From the IMG/VR virus record IMGVR_UViG_3300033145_003233, positions 372,001 to 436,000 of that record: DNA of 64,000 bases; one strand, written 5' to 3'. Below, piece after piece: positions 57,934-64,000 of this stretch (position 1 is the stretch's first letter; every line of letters begins with the position of its first letter). The position numbers were made by a program, and so were the translations under genes. The notes below the pieces were generated by a model. The model was not told where the DNA came from. It did no database searches and saw only the letters and a list, made by a program, of their open reading frames with translations.

Positions 57934-58008
57934 TTCATTTTCAAATGTTTTTTTTAATTACTTAATAATCAAGATATATCTACTCCATCCTAAATTTTTA
58001 TTTCCTTC

Positions 58009-58036
58009 TTGAAAGTGAAAATATAAATGTTAAAAT
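58009..58036 (+). promoter_or_regulatory. sigma70-like promoter
   Basis: TTGAAA GTGAAAATATAAATGT TAAAAT. Confidence 0.55.
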
Positions 58037-58361
58037 GGCATCTATGTTTAAAATCGAAGAAGAAATTCAACTAACAAAAAATGGAGATTTTTTACAAAGT
58101 TCTAAAGAACTTAGAGAATACTACACCCCTAGAACTATAGGCTATCATAAATATTGCGATTCAAATCGATCAAAAGATTCTTTCATGTATTTACACAGAA
58201 CATCAAAACAAAAAAATACCATCTTTTGTAAAAAATGTAATTTTAGAATTGAGATACCCCTAAAAGTAAATAATTTCAAAAAAATAAAAAAATATTTTGA
58301 AAATAGATTTGATGATCCAATTGATAGAATCCAAGACAGATCAGAAATTTTAGATTTATGA
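58035..58361 (+). CDS. Hypothetical protein with RSEILDL tag
   Basis: Ends IQDRSEILDL-stop. Confidence 0.65.
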   Translation: MASMFKIEEEIQLTKNGDFLQSSKELREYYTPRTIGYHKYCDSNRSKDSFMYLHRTSKQKNTIFCKKCNFRIEIPLKVNNFKKIKKYFENRFDDPIDRIQDRSEILDL

Positions 58362-58864
58362 TGAAACTCGAAAAAGATTTTATACAATGTTGTGCAGAAT
58401 TTTTATTCAAAATAGCTGATTTTGAAGACTATGATGATAAACACTATATTAGTATGGGCCACGGGGATGGAGAACACCTTTGTTTTAAGTGTTGTGAAAA
58501 AGAAGTCGAAAAAATTAATAAAGAATTGCCCGAGAATGAAGAAAAAGCTTTTGTAGATGGAGGATGGAATGGTGCGGGTATTGACGGAAATGATGAAGGA
58601 CCTGATTCCTGTGATATATGCTATAAAAAATTAGATTATTCTTTATCTGAAAGTGGAGTTATACAAGAATGTAAATTTTTCTTAGAGGAAGACTTAGTAG
58701 AAATAACTCCGAATAATGCTGCTGAACTATATTATCTTTTCGACAATAGTGATAATTATGATTTTCAAGGTAATGACTTAAATAAATTGACAAAATTAGC
58801 CAATAAAATTTGGCGTCTTTTAGATCAAACAATTGAGAGTAGGTTTGAGATTTTAGATTTATGA
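58358..58864 (+). CDS. Hypothetical Cys-containing protein with RFEILDL tag
   Basis: Ends IESRFEILDL-stop. Confidence 0.7.
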   Translation: MMKLEKDFIQCCAEFLFKIADFEDYDDKHYISMGHGDGEHLCFKCCEKEVEKINKELPENEEKAFVDGGWNGAGIDGNDEGPDSCDICYKKLDYSLSESGVIQECKFFLEEDLVEITPNNAAELYYLFDNSDNYDFQGNDLNKLTKLANKIWRLLDQTIESRFEILDL

Positions 58865-59181
58865 GATATAAAGTAGGAGATAAAGTAAGAATAAAGACGC
58901 AAGAACAAATGAGGGAAGAAGGACATGTGGGAAGACATAGTAATAAGGTGATAGTCTGTAATTATAGATATTTTTTTGATTCGATAGAATCTGATGTCAA
59001 TAAATATTCTACAGATAGAATATTAACAATTGCAAGTGTAGAAAACGATGAGGATGGGGATTATTATTACACAATGAAAGGGATGTGTTGGAGATGGAAC
59101 GATCCTATGATTGAAGGTATAGTAAAAAATTGTGAGAAGCCCATATCTATTAAAAGCAGATTTGATATTTTAGATTTATGA
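58861..59181 (+). CDS. Small KOW/SH3-like protein with RFDILDL tag
   Basis: MRYKVGDKVRIK (paralog of 52897-53121); ends IKSRFDILDL-stop. Confidence 0.7.
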   Translation: MRYKVGDKVRIKTQEQMREEGHVGRHSNKVIVCNYRYFFDSIESDVNKYSTDRILTIASVENDEDGDYYYTMKGMCWRWNDPMIEGIVKNCEKPISIKSRFDILDL

Positions 59182-59184
59182 ATA

Positions 59185-59931
59185 CTAATTTTGTGGCATT
59201 TTGAGAATAGGGATTTCTTTTCCTCTCCATTTTTCCCTAAATTTTTTCCAGTTATTTTGGAAATATACTCTTCTTTCTGCATTCAACAATTGATGAGGTT
59301 TATGTAGGATATAATTAGGACACCAACCTATCTTATATCCAGCTTCATCAGCTTCAAAACAAAAATCAGGATCCTCGAAATACATCATTCTATATCTCTC
59401 GTCAAATAATCTGATCTTTTCTATAACCTCATTTTTTATCATTAATCCGCCTATCCCTATATAGTTAAATTCTTCATCCGGATTAGAGCATTTTTTAAAA
59501 GGATAAAAATTACGGTCTAATTTCCACGCTTCCGCACCAATTATATCATAACCATCATTAATTAATTTCATATATGCTTCTTGCCAACCCTCCTGAACAG
59601 TTTGATCAACATCTAAAAACATCACAAAATCAGATAATGGAAAATTTTCTATCAAAAAGCTATATGCATGATTTCTACCAGCCACAACTCCCAGGTTTTT
59701 TTCTTGAAAATCCACACTAATATTATTATGCATATTAGCTATCTCTTCTAAATATTTTGGGGTTTCATCAGATGAGCCATTGTCTATTATAATAAGACTA
59801 AAATCAGTGGAGTAGAGGTATAGAGCATTAATACATTTTATAGTATCTTCTATATCATTATAAGTTAAAATCAAAATATTAACTTTAGGATGATAATGCC
59901 CAAGTTTGTATTTTCTAATTTTATATTCCAT
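59185..59931 (-). CDS. Glycosyltransferase family 2
   Basis: ILTYN, IDNGSSD, NLG...GRN, FLDVD, FDE...YFED.D. Confidence 0.9.
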   Translation of the reverse strand: MEYKIRKYKLGHYHPKVNILILTYNDIEDTIKCINALYLYSTDFSLIIIDNGSSDETPKYLEEIANMHNNISVDFQEKNLGVVAGRNHAYSFLIENFPLSDFVMFLDVDQTVQEGWQEAYMKLINDGYDIIGAEAWKLDRNFYPFKKCSNPDEEFNYIGIGGLMIKNEVIEKIRLFDERYRMMYFEDPDFCFEADEAGYKIGWCPNYILHKPHQLLNAERRVYFQNNWKKFREKWRGKEIPILKMPQN

Positions 59932-59970
59932 ATTAGTTAGTGGCAGAAGTTATTGTGATAATAGGGGTGA

Positions 59971-60555
59971 TTAGAATTTCATAAATTCTATTTTTTCTAC
60001 ATTTTCAAACATTTCTCCGACATTACCAGGGTCGTTATCTACAACTGGCAAATCCACTAATTCCAATTCTCCCTTCTCTATTTTTTCAAACCACTCCTCT
60101 ACATTTTTATTATTATAGTTATGTCTAAATGACATTTCATAATCAAGAGAACCATTTGGCCATTTTTTTCTATTTAAAAATCGAATGTTCGCTAAAACAG
60201 TTTTAATATGTTCTCTAGTTACACCTTCATATAAACTAACAATTTTTAATAATCTTAATCTACATTCTCTAATATTATCTTTCATTATATCAAGACCATA
60301 TAATGTTTTTAGAGCTTGTGCGGAATCGTGGCCCTTACTAATTTTCCTCCATAATATATGGATAAGAAAATTACCATTACCACAGGCGGGATCTAAATAA
60401 GTTTTTTCTCCTTCCCAAACCTCATCAGGCAGCTTATCTAACATCTCATTTACTAGACTATTCGGGGTAAAAACCTCTGCTGTTTGCTTTCTTCTCTTTT
60501 CGCGTTTTTTGGTGTTTCTCTCAGTATTGCACTCCATTAAATAAACTCCTTCCAA
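59971..60555 (-). CDS. N6-adenine DNA methyltransferase fragment (motifs X/I, SAM-binding)
   Basis: EVFTP..LV.EML, YLDPACGNGNFL, LYGLDIM.DN; no NPPY. Confidence 0.8.
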   Translation of the reverse strand: MEGVYLMECNTERNTKKREKRRKQTAEVFTPNSLVNEMLDKLPDEVWEGEKTYLDPACGNGNFLIHILWRKISKGHDSAQALKTLYGLDIMKDNIRECRLRLLKIVSLYEGVTREHIKTVLANIRFLNRKKWPNGSLDYEMSFRHNYNNKNVEEWFEKIEKGELELVDLPVVDNDPGNVGEMFENVEKIEFMKF

Positions 60556-61733
60556 AAATCTTTGCGGAATAATCTTAAAATATCTTTATTTATAGAAAGC
60601 ATACCAACTGAACACGCTTCCATCAGGTTTTTAAATTCTTTTGTTCTCATCGCCTGGTATATCTTTTTCAGATTTTTAACATTATCTATAATCCCATAAG
60701 AAAATTGAGTTAACCCGTATTCTCCGTCTTTATCTATAAAATAATTAGCAGAAGATATTCTTCCATTAGAAAAAACTAATTTTGGCATCCCAAAATGTCC
60801 TCTATTTTTTGAAGAATACATTAAACTAAGTTCTCCTTCAGAACTAACAAGGTAAATTATAGGATACTTAAATCTTTTTGTCTTTTCTTTAGACATCCAA
60901 GGTTTTCGTGTCTCATAGGTTGAAAAACTATGCAACATTTCTACTTTCTCTTCTCCATCTTTAGCTATAAATTTATGAACATCATTAATTCTAAAATTAG
61001 GAATTATTTTCATTTCTTTAATATTCATACTAACCTGCTCATTATTCTGATCCAAAATTATAGTTGGTTCTTCATCCTTTTTATTCTGCAATACATACCA
61101 ATCATATCTTGTCTCAGCATCAAAAGTTTTCACCCCATCCTTCTCATCGTGTATCTCTAAATATTTCATCTGTTTAGATTTAAGAAGATCTCCAGTCTTC
61201 TCAAACGCCGCACTAGCCCCACGCCATCCTGAAGGATGTATTAAAGATGTATATCCATTTTCTTTGCAACATCGTAAAGATAATTCTACAAAGTAGGGCC
61301 AAATAGCCTGTGTCTTTTTATTTTTAACCGAACTCTTTCTCTGATAAGGTGGATTACCTATAACAACATCAAATTGTTTTCCCATTATATTTTTTCCTTC
61401 CTTAATTGATTCAAAATCTTCAAGATACTCTGTTTTAACACCCATTCTTTCTGCTACTACATTTCTCATCCTAGAATCAGATAAAAAAATAATATTTTCT
61501 TCATTAACACCATAATCTTCCATCAGCGTTAAAACAAATTCAAGATTAAATAATACCAAAATATTTATATTCTTGTTCGTTAAATCTATATTCTCCTCCA
61601 ACTTAGAAATTACATCTCTACAAAGGCCATAAGGAGTATGAATATTATGTATCGAATCATCTATATAACAAGATTTTTCGATATGCCTCCTAAATCTTTC
61701 GAAATTTATATCAAGCATAATTCTATCCCACAT
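60537..61733 (-). CDS. Eco57I-type adenine methyltransferase (catalytic motif IV plus TRD)
   Basis: FDVVIGNPPY, W..FV, IHPSGW; motif I degenerate. Confidence 0.8.
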   Translation of the reverse strand: MWDRIMLDINFERFRRHIEKSCYIDDSIHNIHTPYGLCRDVISKLEENIDLTNKNINILVLFNLEFVLTLMEDYGVNEENIIFLSDSRMRNVVAERMGVKTEYLEDFESIKEGKNIMGKQFDVVIGNPPYQRKSSVKNKKTQAIWPYFVELSLRCCKENGYTSLIHPSGWRGASAAFEKTGDLLKSKQMKYLEIHDEKDGVKTFDAETRYDWYVLQNKKDEEPTIILDQNNEQVSMNIKEMKIIPNFRINDVHKFIAKDGEEKVEMLHSFSTYETRKPWMSKEKTKRFKYPIIYLVSSEGELSLMYSSKNRGHFGMPKLVFSNGRISSANYFIDKDGEYGLTQFSYGIIDNVKNLKKIYQAMRTKEFKNLMEACSVGMLSINKDILRLFRKDFWKEFI

Positions 61734-61749
61734 CTAAATATCATTATTT

Positions 61750-63513
61750 TTACAAAGACAAGCTATCTATGTAGAGTTTTATTTCTTCTAAATCTCCTCT
61801 TTTATACATTTCTTTAACATATTCATCTTCTTTATCCTGCCTCTTTTCTTCTTTCATCGTTTTTTCACTTTCTATATCATGATAATACAATCTCTCTATT
61901 TCAGAAATTATATTACCGCTGAAAGTTCTTATCCCATTTTCATCCTCAATAACTACATTTGTCGGCTGACCACTACCAATATGCACAAATTCATATGCCT
62001 TAAAATCATAATAATTTCTTATCTCATTTACTGTCCTACTAAATTGATTGATAAAATCATGCATGTCCTCAAAAAGCATTGGTAGAATGACATAAAAATT
62101 GGGTTTGATATAACCTTTATCTCCATATTTTAATTTTCCCTTTTCCCATTTCTTTCTATCATCATCGTGCAACCTACAAGCCCTTCCAAGATTCTGCAAT
62201 AACTTTATTTTCTTACAATATCTAAAAAATAACACTCCAGTTAAAGCCGGAATATCTAACCCACAAGTCATGATGTCAATATGAAAAATAATAGCTCTAT
62301 CCGATGATTCCAATCCCTTTATAGAATCCAGCATCCTTCCTTTACTTTTATTACTCACTTTTATATTCTCTTCTTCAGGCATGTCCACGCCCGTGAAAGA
62401 GCTAATATAATATAATTTAATATCAGGATACTTTTTCCTCATTTTTTTCATCTCTTTGGAATCCCTTATCCCCTGCATCTCGGCACTGCCATTTGAAACA
62501 ACTAACATCTTCGCTCCGATTTTATCAGGACAAAATGATTCTTCTTTTATCTTTTTTTCATGTTCTTCAAACGATTGAAAAATCACTTTAGTTTTTTCAT
62601 CAAATTCTCTTTCCCTAATAGGGCTATTAATATCCACCCTATTTGCATTTAATATATCTCTATCAATATCATATGTTGTTAATTTAACATCTGTAGAAAC
62701 AAAATGGACAAGAGGCTCTAATATAACCCCAAACTCAATCAAATCTCTTGGAGACATACGCCTACCAAAACCATTTTCATCTTTCTGCCCAAAAAGTTCA
62801 TCACCATATATATCAGAATTATTCATTCCCCTACCCTTATATGTTTCTTTATCATCTACATTACCTAATTTTTCTGTGGCTGTCATAAATATCTTTTTCT
62901 TGGCAATGATCTCTGTAGCAGAGAATAAGTCGTCTTTAGCCCTTTGAATACCTCGTGGGTCCTCTCTCCCAGGAAGATAATGAGCCTCATCAAAAATACA
63001 TAGGTCGAATTCTAATCCCGATTTTCTAACAACCCCATTAGAATGATATGTAGAAATGACAATAGTATTAACACCTATTCTTTTATTGTTCTCCGCAGTT
63101 TTCTTAATCAATCTAAAATCTAGAGTGCTGATTGGTTTATCCACCCCTGCCCCATTAATGCGATACAAAGCCTCTTCTATTTGATCCGTCATATTCCGAC
63201 TCATATTTTCTGAGCCAACAAAAATAAAATTGACAGGATTCGTCTGATTTTCAAAATATTTCACAAAATCAGATATCCACTGTTTATTAAGCATAAGTCT
63301 TGGAGTAAAGACTATCCCCAAAAACTGATTAAATTTATTTTCATAATTAGAAATTATTCTAAAAAAGACCTCTCTTCCAATCACCCCTTTTCCAGAACCT
63401 GTAGGAAGTATAATTTTACCCTTTTCAAAGTCATCTTTTAAAATACTTTCAACAAAAGATTCTTGGAAAGGATATAAAAAATCATTTTTACATCTATTTT
63501 TTCTTTTGGCCAC
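61750..63513 (-). CDS. SF2 (ResIII/DEAD-like) helicase of restriction-modification type
   Basis: PTGSGK, STYHS, FDEAH, MTAT, GLDIP, Q.LGR..R. Confidence 0.85.
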   Translation of the reverse strand: MAKRKNRCKNDFLYPFQESFVESILKDDFEKGKIILPTGSGKGVIGREVFFRIISNYENKFNQFLGIVFTPRLMLNKQWISDFVKYFENQTNPVNFIFVGSENMSRNMTDQIEEALYRINGAGVDKPISTLDFRLIKKTAENNKRIGVNTIVISTYHSNGVVRKSGLEFDLCIFDEAHYLPGREDPRGIQRAKDDLFSATEIIAKKKIFMTATEKLGNVDDKETYKGRGMNNSDIYGDELFGQKDENGFGRRMSPRDLIEFGVILEPLVHFVSTDVKLTTYDIDRDILNANRVDINSPIREREFDEKTKVIFQSFEEHEKKIKEESFCPDKIGAKMLVVSNGSAEMQGIRDSKEMKKMRKKYPDIKLYYISSFTGVDMPEEENIKVSNKSKGRMLDSIKGLESSDRAIIFHIDIMTCGLDIPALTGVLFFRYCKKIKLLQNLGRACRLHDDDRKKWEKGKLKYGDKGYIKPNFYVILPMLFEDMHDFINQFSRTVNEIRNYYDFKAYEFVHIGSGQPTNVVIEDENGIRTFSGNIISEIERLYYHDIESEKTMKEEKRQDKEDEYVKEMYKRGDLEEIKLYIDSLSL

Positions 63514-64000
63514 TATCCCCCCTTTTTCTCAACTGATTTTTCCACGATTCGGCAAAAGAATTCCAGAAAATCCCATTGTCATCTACCCTTCTCCGGATAT
63601 CGCTTCTATTAACCTCTCTGACATCGCTCAACATATGCTCTTTTACATCATAATGAATTTTTTTACCACAATGGATAATAGTCATATTACAAGTATCTTT
63701 AATTCTATCCCTGCCATTTTTTAATTGACATTTTTCGTTAGGGTCAACTCCAAAGCCACCAGCTTCTTTACTCATCGTTGAAAGAGATCTAAAATTAGTA
63801 AGATGGTCTTTATTCGCAGTCAACTCATAGTTAGCTTGGCGATATTTAATCTGTATGGTATGTATCTTACCATTAGTCCCCAATCCAACAGAGTCCACTC
63901 CATAATCATCTTCAGAATCTATAAGTTCATAAGATTCTGGATCAATGCCAATTAACATATCCCCACCAAAGATACGAACTAACATCTCTACAAATAATTC
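63494..64000 (-). CDS. Mrr-like restriction endonuclease domain protein (5' end outside window)
   Basis: Frame open to window edge (ELFVEML); DYGVD.VG...IQIKYR. Confidence 0.65.
   Translation of the reverse strand, partial: ELFVEMLVRIFGGDMLIGIDPESYELIDSEDDYGVDSVGLGTNGKIHTIQIKYRQANYELTANKDHLTNFRSLSTMSKEAGGFGVDPNEKCQLKNGRDRIKDTCNMTIIHCGKKIHYDVKEHMLSDVREVNRSDIRRRVDDNGIFWNSFAESWKNQLRKRGDSGQKKK

Noticed and set aside
19254-59181. RFEILDL tag as a purely DNA-level repeat, attC-like site or terminator
   Set aside because: It is always in frame at ORF ends, shows synonymous codon variation and conservative amino-acid swaps, and has no dyad symmetry.
58-63724. Numerous short antisense ORFs rich in F/I/L/S (e.g. 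14737-15039, 30511-31008, 48473-48859)
   Set aside because: They lie opposite well-supported genes, lack SD sites and have shadow-ORF composition.
1-64000. Alternative genetic code (stop-codon reassignment), as seen in some large phages
   Set aside because: Conserved genes are full length in code 11, and TAA, TAG and TGA all terminate genes at expected positions.
1-64000. CRISPR array, tRNA or rRNA genes
   Set aside because: No regularly spaced 25-40 bp repeats or cloverleaf-like GC-rich segments seen, and intergenic gaps are short. The Cas4-like gene sits in a recombination operon with no other cas genes.

Overview
AT-rich, gene-dense, mostly minus-strand segment that looks like a large (jumbo, T4-like/myovirus-type) bacteriophage genome or similar large extrachromosomal element. 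This is an inference: there are no rRNA, tRNA or housekeeping operons, there is a gp32-like SSB, a UvsW-like helicase and a gp23 capsid-like fragment, and many free-standing homing endonucleases. It holds a bacterial-type replication/recombination block (DnaE in two genes, DnaG split into Zn-finger and Toprim genes, DnaB, DnaC-like, RecA, SSB, UvrD, Cas4-like nuclease). It also holds host-like auxiliary genes (peptide deformylase, IF-3, ACP, SpoVS), a CMP-nonulosonic-acid/glycosylation set (NeuB, NeuA, KdsC-like phosphatase, two DUF115/Maf-like proteins, a GDP-mannose epimerase, GT2/GT4), counter-defence-like genes (Apyc1-like MBL, NADAR, cREC, CYTH) and a fragmented restriction-modification-like cluster. 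Most striking observations: (1) a shared C-terminal peptide tag R-[FWLS]-[ED]-[IL]-L-D-L-stop on 11 largely unrelated proteins (plus 2 near-terminal copies), conserved as peptide while the codons vary. (2) A naturally split intein whose trans-splicing would rebuild the CxxxCxxC motif of an AmmeMemoRadiSam radical SAM enzyme. (3) A non-intein split DnaE whose N-half shares a 12-aa C-terminal peptide (ELEDDLGGVDRY) with a small neighbouring protein. (4) Ten copies of a TTGAAA(A)GTGA..TATAAT promoter and recurrent RHH + homing-endonuclease cassettes. All family calls come from recognising motifs by eye; no searches were run.
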